Assembly: GCA_024679065.1 (NCBI GenBank)
Contig: JAGIQG010000003.1
Coordinates: forward strand, 28,024,001-28,088,000
Direction of reading: 5' to 3'
DNA from: Sphyrna mokarran
Taxonomy: Eukaryota
DNA: 64,000 nt
This document shows, in pieces, positions 49,079 to 61,392 of this stretch (within the stretch, counting starts at the first letter, position 1; every line of letters starts with the position of its first letter). The position numbers and the translations under genes are program-made. The notes below the pieces were generated by a model that made no database searches, was not told the DNA's origin, and worked only from the letters and a program-made list of their open reading frames with translations.

Positions 49079-52000
49079 ATAAAAACTGATTATTTTACCA
49101 TTCTTTGTTTTTTAAAGAAGGTATACAACCTACTGAGACAGTCTTTGAGTACTCCAAATACAGATTACTCAAATATGTTTGATTCTATAAAGCTGAAACT
49201 TGGACTACGATGAATCCAGAAAATTTGTTTTTAGCCATTAGCTGTAAAAAGCTGAAGAATAATTTTACAAGATTCACTATACATTTGGGAACACACAGCA
49301 AAATATTTAATAATAAATTAATAATTCATCATTGGGTATGTGCTTTTTTATTTGCTGGAAAAAGAATTCAGCTGCTGGTAGCCCTTTGATCAGGGACTAT
49401 ACAATCTTGCAGGATTGCCTTCCAAAGCAATAAATAGATAATTCTAGTAATCTGTGACTTTGATTGCTATTAGAACTGAAATGGGTAAAAAGGAGTGAAA
49501 AATGGGGTGCAGTATTGTTTAGGTTAGCATAACATGAAGGAGAGCAAACTGTTTTTGCAGTCATTCAATCGGAGAACAAGTCACTTAACAGCAATTTTCT
49601 GTGAAGGTCAATTTACTACAGTGCCACCATTTTTTGGACAAGAAAGCAATGGTAAAAAGTATACATTGTCCTTGAGAGGGCAATTTTGGTCAACAGTAAG
49701 TAATTGTTAAAAAAAATCGTTATCCTGTGAATAAAGTAACTGTACTTTATGTATCTGCATCAGTACTTTTTAAAATGCTGATGACTATATTTTAATGTGC
49801 ATAGAGCATTAGATTTGACTTCAGAGACTGGGCTATTATATCGCTCTGCTCGTGGTGCTGTTCCTGATTGACGGGTATCGCATAGGAAAATGCAATGCAA
49901 CTTGCAAGAATTTGCTAAAGCCAGAGTCCAGAAGAATTGACCAACTCAATCCAGTGGGAATGACAAGTGAAACAGAATTCCTAACTGTTATTATGGAAAT
50001 AATTTTTCACCAACCAGAGGACACAATGAAATATCATAAGATTGCTGTTAATTTCGTTGTTTCATTGTGGGATTCAGGGTTAATTTTATGAATATGCACA
50101 TATTGAAAAAACTGTAGGTGTGCTTCTAAAGGTTTTCAATCCAATAACAGAAAATCATGCAAGGCTCCACACTGCAAGCATGCATTCATAACATTTTCCC
50201 TATGTGTTCTGCTCAGATCAAGTTATCATCTGTACTTCGCTGATTCAAAATGTAGCTTTTAAATAATTGATCACTTGTTGCCAGTACAATAAAAGTGAAA
50301 TTACAAATTGGTTTCAGCTTGAGCAACAGCTTGAAAACCTATCCCACTTGCTAGTCTATCTGCTCTGTTGTTGGAAGAAGTGCTGTGACATAGCTTTTGA
50401 ATCCGATTTAGGTAGTTTTGTTTTTGTTTCTTATAACCTGAGAGTAGTATCATACTGTGGTATCATGCTGCTAATAGCATTTCAGAAATCACTATATTGT
50501 TGAAGGTACCAAGGCAGAATTGTATTAAAAACGTATGCAAAATCTAAATGTACAATGTACATTGCTGTGTTTATTTTTTAGTTTTGTGGATGATTATACC
50601 TCTCATTCAAACAAAAGCTCAGCAAAGAGAGATCATATATTTTTTTCTTTGCTGGGTAAACTCTGCACAAAGAAAAATAGGTTTATGTGATGTTTAATTA
50701 AAATTCAGACTCAATCTGAGATTTCCAACACACATTGAGGTTGCTTACTTCTTTCACTGATGTCGGAACAAACATTTCTTTAATGAGACTATGGCGCATT
50801 CTCATCTGGCTAAAGATGGATAGATAACGATCAGTCCCATTCAGAATCACTGCATTGACCTATGACACAGTGAGTGCTGCAACGTGTTGGCAAAAGAGGG
50901 GCTAGGCATTCATTAATATGCATAGGACTTTCCACTTTTGAAAGGACTCTGCTTCTTTCAGTGCTGGATATTGTTTGCCTGAGTTGTGTGCAGTATTTTG
51001 GCAGCTGAGAACAAGAACTGAAACCATTTGGCTTGCAGACTCATTATGACATAATCCTTTAGTAATTCCACATTCTGTGTTAATTTATCATGACAAAAGT
51101 TCTTATTCAGTTAACTGCGGAGGAAAAGTTGACTGCTAACATTCAGGATAAATTAATAAGTGACACTAAGAATACATTTTGCTGAATCCACTTACTGACC
51201 TTTCCAAGTTTAAACACATTGTTGCCTCAAGTTTGAGTCAGTTCCTGTGGTGTAAGATACTTATTTTTTGGGCCAGGGTGTATCAGACAATATTTGAGAA
51301 ATTCAATTTTCTTAATTTTGTCAATCTAATTGGAAAACAGACTAACATAAAGCAATGTTCTTGTAAGTATTGTGAACTGACCCTTAAAGTTATAAATTTT
51401 CACTTGCTCTTTTTACAAACCTTAGACTTTTGAGAATAGATGAATCGTTTCTCATGTAATTGTAACTTGGAAGATGATATTTAAGACACAGTCTGGTATC
51501 ATTATTTTATTCATAAACTGTAGAAAAGCTGTTAGGAACTAGAAGCAGGTTACTATCATTCCATATCCTATGTCTTTTTGAGAGTCCCTGGATTTGTCAG
51601 ACCTTTCCCAAACTAACTTAAAAGAAACTTGGAAGAAATTTTGAACAGAACATGTGAGACTGGAAAGATATCTGCGCTTGAGGCTGGCTTTTCACAAGGC
51701 CCAGACTCTAAGAGTTGGCTAACAAATTTCACTGCATGGCCAATAACATTACCTTGAGAACAATTCATCAATTCAAATAAATGTGAAAAATAGCTAAATT
51801 CACTAACAAAGCTCCTGACTCAGATCTATATGCTATTCACATAGCAATGCCATATCCTCTCAAAAATACTTCTAGTATGAAAAAAATTAGCTCTAATTAC
51901 TGATTTATAATAATTTAAATTTCGTTGAATATGTTCATCATCAGAGTTGCTGGACTAATAGTAAAATATATAAAAAGAAAATTTAGAGACATGTTTCTTC

Positions 52001-52430
52001 TATTTTGTTCACACCAAACCTCTGATTGCCAACTGTGATTAAGTATATTCCTGGAGGTTACATCATCTGATAAAGCCCCAAAGCTTTAGCCATTAGTCGG
52101 CCAATACATATATCCTTGGTGGAACTCCCTGGCTGTTCATGGTGGTGGGATGTTCTGGTCCTGCTGAAGGTGCACCCCTGGAGATATGGGGTTCAGTCAA
52201 TGGAAAATCCCATTGACAACAGCAACTGAAACAAATTGGCAGGCCGTAACTAGCGGAATGCCATAGTGATCCAATATTCACCACATATATTAATGATTTG
52301 GATGAGGGAACAAAAGTAACATCTCAAAGTTTGCAGACGACACCAAGTTGGGTGGGAGAGTGAACTGTGACGTGGATGCAGAGATTCTTTAGAATGATCT
52401 GGACAGGTTGGGTGAGGAGCAAGTCAATGG

Positions 52431-52591
52431 TGGGTTTCTTCCATGTGCCCTGGTTTCCTCCCACAATCTGACCATGTGTTGGTTAGGTGCTTTGTTCCCA
52501 TCAACTGCTAGAGTGGTGACTAGGGGAATTTCACAGTAACTTAATTATAATGTTAATGCAAGCCTTGCTTGTGACTAATAAATAAACTTTA
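52431..52591 (+). mobile_element. 5'-truncated V-SINE (Rex1-like tail) nested in CR1
   Basis: 6-bp TSD caatgg (52425-52430, 52592-52597); tail gtgactaataaataaacttt. Confidence 0.85.
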
Positions 52592-53013
52592 CAATGGCAG
52601 ATGCAGTATAATTTAGATAAATGTGAGGTTATTCAATTTGGAAGCAAAAACACGAAGGCACATTATTACCTGAATTGCTGTAAATTGGGAGAGGGGAGTG
52701 TGCAGTGGGACCTGTGTGTCCTTGTGCACAAGTCATTGAAGGTAAGCGTTAAGATGCAGCAGGCTGTAAAGAAAGCAAATGGTATGTTGGCTTTCATTGC
52801 GAGAGGTTTCAAGTATGGGAGCAGCGATGTGTTGTTGCAATTGTACAGGGCCTTGGTGAGGCCACACCTAGAGTATTGTGTACAATTTTGGTCTTCTTTT
52901 CTGAGGGAGGATGTTTTTGCTCTCAAGAGAGTGTAGTGAAGGTTTACCAGGCTGATTTCAGGGATGGTGGTGGGATTGATGTATGAGAGATTGACCAGCT
53001 TAGGATTGTTTTC

Positions 53014-53432
53014 GATTTGATTTGATTTGATTTTTTGATTTGATTTGATTTGATTTATTATTATCACATGTATTAACATACAGTGAAAAGTATAGTTTCT
53101 TGTGCGCTATACTGACAAAACATACCGTTCATAGAAAAGGAAACAAGAGAGTGCAGAATGTAGTGTTACAGTCATAGCTAGAGAAAGATCAACTTAATGC
53201 AAGGTATGTCCATTTAAATGTCTGACAACAGCAGGGAAGAAGCTGTTCTTGAATCGGTTGGTACATGACCTCAGACTTTGTACCTTTTTCCTGGAGGAAA
53301 TTGATGGAAGAGAGAATGTCGAGGGTATGTGGGATCCTTAATTATGCTGGCTGCTTTGCTGAGGCATTGGGAAGTATAGATAGAGTCAATGGATGGGAGG
53401 CTGGTTTGCCTGATGGATTGGACTACATTCAC
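53014..53432 (-). mobile_element. Rex1/Babar LINE 3' end nested in CR1
   Basis: (GATTT)n on the + strand; homologous to 10039-10450. Confidence 0.88.
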
Positions 53433-55786
53433 AGCATGTTGTTGCTGGAGTTCAGAAGAATGAGGGGGGATCTCATAAAGACTTATAACATTTTAAGAGG
53501 ACTAGACAAGATAGATGTAGGGAGGATATTCCCAATGGTGAGTTAGTCCAGAATCAGGGGTCACAGTCTGAGGAGTCAGGGTAGACCATTTAGGACAGAG
53601 GTGAGGAGACATTTCTTCACTCAGAGTGGTGGAATTCATTACCACAGGAAGTAGTTGATGCCAAAATATTGAATGTATTCAAAAGGTGATTGGATAGAAT
53701 GTTTGGGGCAAATGAGATCAGAGGTTATGGGGAGAAGGCAGGATTAAGCTATTGAGTTGGATGATCAGCCATGATAAAAGGCAGGGCAGACTCGAACAGC
53801 CAAATGGCCTCCTCCTGCTTCTATCTTCTATGTTTCTATGTAGTATCAGGAGATCCCATCACCACTGAATGGTGCACCTCCTCCTGCCATAAGAAACATG
53901 CTGAGGGGAGGCCAGAGAGACCCCATCCCCATGCCCACCCTTTCTGATGTACTGCCTTCCTCCACCAAATGGAAAACAAAATGACTCATTACCCAATTGG
54001 GTGATGTTTGACTGTCAGCCAAATAACCCGTTTTTTCTTATTTTCAATATTTTTATATTTGGAAAAGAGAAATGTTCAAAGGAAATAAATAAAACAATCT
54101 TTTTTAATGTCCTGATGATTTCCCTCCAGGGTTGCATACAGCAATGTTTTGGAAATTTGACTGTTACCAGCAATAGCCTTCCAGCTGCTTTGCTGAAACC
54201 ATTGGAAGAGTGCCTCATGTGAATACGAGAGTCAGGAATCCAAGTGCCCATTACCCTTGGCAAAAAAAATCACATTCATAGGCTCCTTAACATTTCTCCC
54301 CAACTCTTTATTCTATTTTTCACCAAAATAACTGTTGGAATAAATTGTGCCTGGAGTGTTCAATGTATTTTTCTCCAATACTTTGACTTTGTTGAACTAC
54401 GTGGTTTGTTTTCAAGAAAGATGGTTTTTATGTGTAGAAGGAAATTAAATGGATGGCTACTGGATGTCCATATCCATCTTTAGATATAGGCGTAGCATAA
54501 TATTTCTCTGTGCTGGATCAATGGATGGCCTTGCAGCTACAGACATTGTCACAATGTATGCACTGGTTATTTGTGCTATTTAAGAGGAATGGATGAGAAT
54601 TACTGATGTGTCATTGCCTGAATGACATCTCAATCATCTTTGCCAGATGCTGCTATTCCTCAAAGTAAAGATTTTCAGGATTTCTTGCTAATTAGAAATT
54701 TATGAAGATAAATGGGGTTAAAACCAATCTTATTGATGTCTCAATCTGATATCTTACAGAGGATCTAGGCAAAGCAGATTGTTGTAGGATGCCAAGATGT
54801 ATAGAAGTCCATTCATAGCATGTTAAAGACTGTGAGGGTGATTTTACCAAAAAATCTCTGAATGCTGAATGAACATGAAAATGGGAGGGAATTGCACCAA
54901 TTGTTGAGTGAGCTCCCAGTGCCAATCATATGTCACTTAGGAAAAAGGAGCGCAGATGTGATTCTCACTAAAAAGGGTAAGGGTGGAGCTTATTCTCGTT
55001 GGGAAGTTGGCTGTATAGCTCTAGGGGCCCCATTGCACAGGTGCCCTGATCTTCATTGTACAGTGTAGATGCAGTGTGCATAATACACTGGAAGATGTCA
55101 GCCTCCCACTCCCAGACATGCACCCCCTCCATCACTGTCCCAGTCTTGGCTCCCACCACCCCCGATTGCTGTCTCTGAAATCTCCGATTCCCATCCCTGA
55201 TTCTTGCTTCACATAGCACCAATCCCCACAACCGCCACCCCCTCCAGATTGGTGCCCCAACTGATCCTCACTCCCCAGATTGTTGCCCTATCTGATCCTC
55301 ACCATCCCCCCCATGCAGAATACATCTTTCACTCTCTCTTCCCATTGTACTCTCCCTTGCCTCCCCCATCACAGCCCTACCCATTCAGTTTCCCATCCCC
55401 TCAAGCTCCACTCCCTTGGCATTGCCCAGTTCCAGGTAGGCATTTCTAGGGTACCAGATTGGCAGTGCCCATCAGAGTCTGCCCACCCCTGTCCCTGACC
55501 ACTTGGGGGACTTAAATGTCTCCATTCCAACCAGTGAGGTCATCACTTCTGGTCCACACTAGTGGGGACACAGGTGATTCTTGCTGCTGAGTACCTCAAC
55601 CAACAAGCAGATTAGGACAAGTTATCCAGGATGATCATGTCTGGGATTCACTAATTATATCAGTGCCAGTAACATCGCATGAGGCAGGAAACCATACGTG
55701 AATTCGATTTTTTTTGCCTCATCTGATCTTAGCAACTCATCATGTCAATCGACTAGCAAGACGAGCAGTAAGATCACCTCCACTAT

Positions 55787-55944
55787 GGCTGGAATTCTCC
55801 AACCTTGCCTGCAGCTGGGATTCTCTGGTCCCACGGTTAGGATTCTCTAGTCCTGCTGCAGTGAATGGAAGTTTGACTCAAAGCCAAAGTCTCTGTTCTC
55901 ACTGGCAGCTGTGGAAGGGCATAGGAGACTGGAGAATTTCAGCC
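55787..55944. mobile_element. ~160-bp MITE
   Basis: TIRs ggctggaattctcc / ggagaatttcagcc (13/14 match). Confidence 0.7.
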
Positions 55945-57214
55945 CATGTCTGAGCTTGCATGTAATAAAATCACTAAAACTGTACCAAGTAGCACTGATG
56001 CTGAGATACGAAATTACAATTGTGTTTAAGCCTTCCAGCTAGTGGATTACATTGTTTGCAATTCCAGCTGCATCCCTCTTCTTACGTTGATTCCTGTCAA
56101 TGGGAGTGGGAGATGCAGAGTTTATGATGTGCTGGGTTGATGTTCCACAAGTCTCTGAAAATTGCTGTTCTTTGTTATCTAGGCAGCAAAGGAATACATC
56201 TTATAACATTAGCAGTAAAACACATTTTGAAATACACTTCTGTTTTGCAAAATATTGCTGTGTGCTGCATGCCAGTCTTTGCTTATATTTGAGAGAGTGA
56301 ATGAATAAGTATTTGGGATATAAAGAATAAAGTATGGGATTCTAACTGGAAGGAACTATTGCTACAACATCCTAAATCTTTAGGCTGCCTTCTCATGGCA
56401 GCTTAGATTTTCTACTTGAGCAAAACTCTTAAGCACAAAATTGGCAGAATACAATTTGCACCTGTCTACTGAAACATGACCTGACCCTTCCTTCCCAGAG
56501 ATTTTAGGGATAATGAAATAAAAATAATAACTGTGACCTCCTGACTACTAATTATTAGGATCTCCACATTTTGAGAGGGAGTGAAATCTTGTCTGTTACT
56601 GAATATAAAAGCCTATGGGACCTTAAAGAAACAGCATATCAAATAGATTAATTTGGAGTAGCTTTGACAGGTCTTTGGAAAGATGTTCACTGCATCTTTA
56701 AGGTTCATTGGTGAAGTTGTAGAAGTGCTTTTCAATGATGTTAAGCAGAGGATGAAGGTATTTTGAAACTTGCAATATCATTCTGCACAGAAGGTGGTCA
56801 AGACGAAAGTTCCCAGGGAAACCTGGAACTTGGCCAAAGAACTCAGTTCTGAAAAATATTTATTGCTCTTCGTGAATTTGGCAAACTAACAGCGATGAGC
56901 AACATATCTTCCGAGAATGCACTGAATGAAACATATCTGAAGCTTGTAATGATCTCTAATGTGTAATGTATTTCAGTAGTTTTCTGTCAATGCTTATGAG
57001 GTGACACAAGACTCTCCACACCTCCACTTTCAATGTAATTGTAATCATTTCTCTGTTTACTTGCTCTCTGTGGGAGTAAAAGCAGCTTAATGAATCATAA
57101 GGGCATGCACAAAAGATGGAATTTTCCTGATCTCAGGCAGGATTTTCCAGTCTTGGGGTGAGTGCAGCCAGAAAATCCCACTTTTTGTGTCTTAAGGGAG
57201 AAGTATTGTTACAT

Positions 57215-57360
57215 AAAGGCAAAATACTGCGAATGCTGGAATCTGAAACAAAAACAGAAAATGCTGGAAAATTTCAGCAGGTCTGACAACAGAGAGAGAA
57301 TAAAGCCAACATTTCGAGTTTGGTTATCCAGACTTGAAACATTGACTTTATTCTCTCAAA
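57215..57360. mobile_element. Mini fold-back PLE LTR insertion (second family)
   Basis: 11-bp TSD tattgttacat (57204-57214, 57361-57371); opposed arms gagagaataaagccaacatttcgagtttgg / ccagacttgaaacattgactttattctctc. Confidence 0.8.
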
Positions 57361-57890
57361 TATTGTTACATGCCTAGGTTATGCTACAACAATAGATACT
57401 AACCAAAGAAAGTGAACTATGACCACATAAAGTGCAGGTTCTACTTTTGCAAGGGACTAAACCTGAGAATGTGCCTTTGACAGATCTAAATTTAGCTAAA
57501 TGTCTTAGCTGCCTGTTTCAGAAAAAAAACTGGCCCATCATTTTAAGCAATAATATAATTTAAGCAATTATATTAAGCAATGCTGTGCTTAATATAATCA
57601 TTATCCAGTTTTACCTGTGACACTGAATTACTAAGAGCAATTGAGAAGATGTTATCAGTACAATTTGGAAATCAATATGGGCAGGACTTTTTGGACAGCA
57701 CTGTTTTCCATCCCTGCTGTGCATGGCAAGCGCACAGCCATTTATCTCTCCGAGGAACATTTGTTGGCTGGAGACCAGACTTCCATGCCTCACTCAGGCA
57801 AGATCCTGTCTCAGAGAGTTATTGGCCAACCTGATTGGCCAACAGATCTAAAATCCCAGTTAAACCAGTTGCAGCAGTGGCCAGAACTGT

Positions 57891-58910
57891 GACTACATGC
57901 AGTCCACAGATTCTCAGTCCCAGAATCCAGGACCAGTAGATGAGGGGAGGAGGGTGGGGAATTGTGGCGGTGTGTTAAACACAGTGAGGTGAGGTCCTGA
58001 AAGTATGGAGAGGCAGTAGGGTCTTACTGAAGAGGCCAGTGGGAGACTTTTGTAGAACGGAGTGGTACCCGATGTGGAAAGAGGGTCCTGATGGAGGTGC
58101 CTCCACCCTAACTTTTGCGACAAATCCCTGAGCTCTCCCCCCAGCCCTGAAGTCCTTCTGCCTGCCTCAAAATTGAGATGGAGCTAAAAAGTGCCTTTAG
58201 ACGAGATCAGGCAGGACAATAGGCCTCACCTATGTTCCATAAAATTGTGGACAAATCAAGGATGAGCAGTGTAGCATCAAGAAGATCTCCAAAGGAATTT
58301 TACAGGCCTTTGGGTATCAATTGGTCTGACTGTCTCAGTGAATAAAGATTTGGGGTCAGATTTTTACATAGTCTTCCAAATTCCCCAGACCTTTAAAAAA
58401 TGATGGGCCTGACCTGGAGGTAAAAGTCCCACTCCCATTTCTGTCAAATCCTGTTTTTGCTGCCAGGGCAAGGGTTTAAAGTGGAAGGAGGCAGAGGAGG
58501 TACTGCTAATTCATTGAGCAGAAAAACTGAAATTCAGCAGGTTCTCTTGAAGTTTAGCTCTTGATTTATAGCAGCTGGATTTTGGTTAGTGTAAGGGCCT
58601 TAACCTGCAGTGTGAGATCACAGATTAAACACAACTGAAGGGTCAATAAAGTCTGTTTAAGTATTATGATGTGAAGGTTTGTAAATCCCTTGCTCTTTGA
58701 ACATGAAAAAAAGGCTTAGGCTTCAGTGAGATTCAAACAAACCCTCTGCTGGGCTACATGTAGTCCACAGATTCTGAGTCCCAGAGTCCTGTGTGTGTGA
58801 GAGAGAGAAAGAGAGAGAGAGAGAGAGGAGTGGTATGTTCAACATCAGTGAGGGCCTCTAAAGGTATGGAGAGGCAGTAGGGTTCTTATTGAAGAGGCCA
58901 GTGAAAGACT
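57891..58910 (+). repeat. ~160-bp direct duplication (57891-58048 and 58753-58910)
   Basis: ctacatg.agtccacagattct.agtcccaga and gtatggagaggcagtagg..gaagaggccagtg occur in both copies. Confidence 0.85.
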
Positions 58911-60038
58911 AGAATGCTTTCATTGATAAACCACCCATTGTAGTTTAGGGAAAAAAAAGTACCATCCAGTCATGCAGCTTTCATAGGTGTTCACATTTCC
59001 CCCAGTGCTATTATAAATTTACTCAGTGTCAAAAGCTATAATTATCTCTGAATTCACAATTTGACTGAAAATTTAAAGAGCCATTAAAGGATATGTTGAC
59101 TTTGATATGGGGTATGAATAGAAGTTTGTTTTTGTAACAGATTAATCACTTGAGGCAATTTAAAATCTTTGGGTCCCACTGGCAGTGTGAAGCTTGGCAG
59201 ATGGGGGAACTTAATTTGCATGAGTACAAAATCCCATCAATGGTGGGATCATCTTTTGGAATAAGGTTTTGAGGACTTTAAAGACAGATTAAAGGCAGAT
59301 TGAGCTTCCCAGGGGCAGTGTTATGTAGCCGTTTTGCATGTATTAGCATGCCACCTTGCCAGAATTAAGCTCCATCTCCAACCTTAATCCCCAACATGGA
59401 GAAATTAAAACAATAACATTTATGACTGCATGCAAGTGGCATGCACTCAGTGAGCTTAACTTCTTCCTGGACTTTGAAGTGAATAGTTGCTGTCCTGGCC
59501 TTCTTGGACATCCCTCACAATCTCAGTCTCTTGATTCAGATCATGGTACCAGTAATTCAAGCTTTTCATTGCCTCACTCTTTGGCTTGAAGGCCTCCAAA
59601 TCATCTTCCACTCCAAACTCTGCTCCGAGAAGAAGTATGAAACATGTTCAACTTTCTTCTACCAAAAGGTCCACACAGAGAGCTTGTGATCAGCAGCCTG
59701 AAGAAAGAAGATGACTGAGTAAAGTCATTGCAGTCTGACGTTCTGAGGATCTGCAAATCCTTCTATGCCAGATTGTATGACCTGAAGCCAACAGATGGCA
59801 CAACCTCCCAATCCTTTCTGTCATTTATCTCAGAGGTCTTAGACAATAGCAAGTGGGAGAGCCTGGACAAACGGCTATCTCTGGATGAGATGACAAAGGC
59901 AGTCAAGTCCTTTGAGATGAGTAAAACTACTGGAAGTGACAGTTCAATAGCTGTGTTGTATTTGGCCCTGTGGGACTAGATCAGTAAGAAGTCTCACAAC
60001 ACCAGGTTTAAGTCCAATAAGTTTATTTGGTAGCAAAA

Positions 60039-60080
60039 GCCACTAGCTTTTGGAGCACTGCTCCTTCGTCAGGTAAGTGG
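60039..60080 (-). ncRNA. Hammerhead motif, probably inactivated (GAAA to AAAA)
   Basis: ccacttac-CTGACGA-a-ggagc agt gctcc-AAAA-gcta-gtgg. Confidence 0.6.
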
Positions 60081-61350
60081 GAATTCTGTTCACAAACAGG
60101 ACATATAAAGAAACAAACTCAATTTACAAAATAGTGGTGTAGAATGTGAGTCTTTGCAGGCAGTCAAGTTTTGAAGGTACAGATAATGTGAATGGAGAGA
60201 GCATTAAGCATAGGTTAAAGATATGTGTAGTGTCTCCAAACCAGACAGTTAGTGAGATTTTGCAAGCCCAGGCAAGTTTTGGGGGTTACAAGTAGTGTGA
60301 CATGAACCCAAGATCCTGGTTGAGGCAGTCCTCATGTATGCAGAACTTGGCTGTCAGTCTCTGCTCAGTGACTCTGCATTGTCGTGTGTTGTGAAGGCTT
60401 TCCCAAAGATCAGAGACCGAATGCCCTTGACCGCCGAAGTGTTCCCCAACAAGAAGAGAACACTCTTGCCTGGTGATTGTCAAGTGGCTTTCATTCATCC
60501 ATTGCCATAACATCCGCATGGTCTCCCCATGTAGCATGCCTTGGGACATCCTTTTCTGCAAAAGATGTAAACAAATGTTGGCCGAGTTGCAAGAGGATGT
60601 ACCATGTACCTGGTGGATGGTGTTCTCATGTGGGATGATGGCATCCATGTCAATGATCCAATACATCTTGCAGACATTGCTGTGACAGGGTTGTGTGGTG
60701 TTGTGGTCACTGTTCTCCTGAAGACTGGATAGTTTGCTACAGACAATGGTCTGTTTGAGATTGTGCAGTTGTTTGAAAGCAAGAAGTGGGGTGTGTGGAT
60801 GGCCTTGGTGAGATATTCACCTTCATCAGTAACATGTTGAAGGCTTTAGAGATTCGCTGTAGAAAAGGATGATGTCTCCAGGCATGTTAATTGGGAAGCC
60901 CATGCAGACACTACAACAACGGATGAATGAACACTGCTTGACAATCACCATGCAAGAGTGTTCTCTTCCTGTTGAGGAACACTTCATTGGTCATGGGCAT
61001 TCAGCTTCTGATCTTTGGGTAAGTGTTCTCCAAAGCGGCCTTCACGACACATGACAACACAGTCACTGAGCAGACACTGATGGCCAAGTTCTGTACACCT
61101 GAGGATGGCCTCAACTGGGATCTTGTGTTCATGTCACACTATCTGTAACCCCACAACTTGCCTGGGCTTTTAAAATTTCACTAAATGTTCTGTCTGGAGA
61201 CAATACACATCTCTTTAACCTGTGCTTAATGCTCTCTCCACTCACATTGTCTGTACCTTTAAGACTTGATTACCTGTAAAAACTTACATTCCAATTATTA
61301 TTTTGAAAATTGAGTTTGCATCTTTATATGCCCTATTTGTGAACAGAACT

Positions 61351-61392
61351 CCCACTTATGTGATGAAGGAGCAGCACTCCGAAAGCTAGTGG
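61351..61392 (+). ncRNA. Hammerhead motif, probably inactivated (C3 to G)
   Basis: ccacttat-gTGATGA-a-ggag cagca ctcc-GAAA-gcta-gtgg. Confidence 0.6.

Larger units (their letters stand above)
52270..53840 (+). mobile_element. CR1 LINE with nested SINE and Rex1 insertions
   Basis: KFADDTKLG, MQYNLDKCEVIQFG, LVRPHLEYCVQFWS, RRMRGDLIKTY; tail ctatcttctatgtttctatg. Confidence 0.9.

Noticed and set aside
57567-57598. 13-bp AT-rich hairpin attatattaagca/tgcttaatataat
   Set aside because: Short and low-complexity, next to slippage repeats of taagcaat; no functional evidence.
60039-61392. Trans-complementation of the two mutant hammerheads
   Set aside because: They lie on opposite strands, and in dimeric HHRs CUGANGA and GAAA of a core come from the same monomer, so the lesions would not complement.
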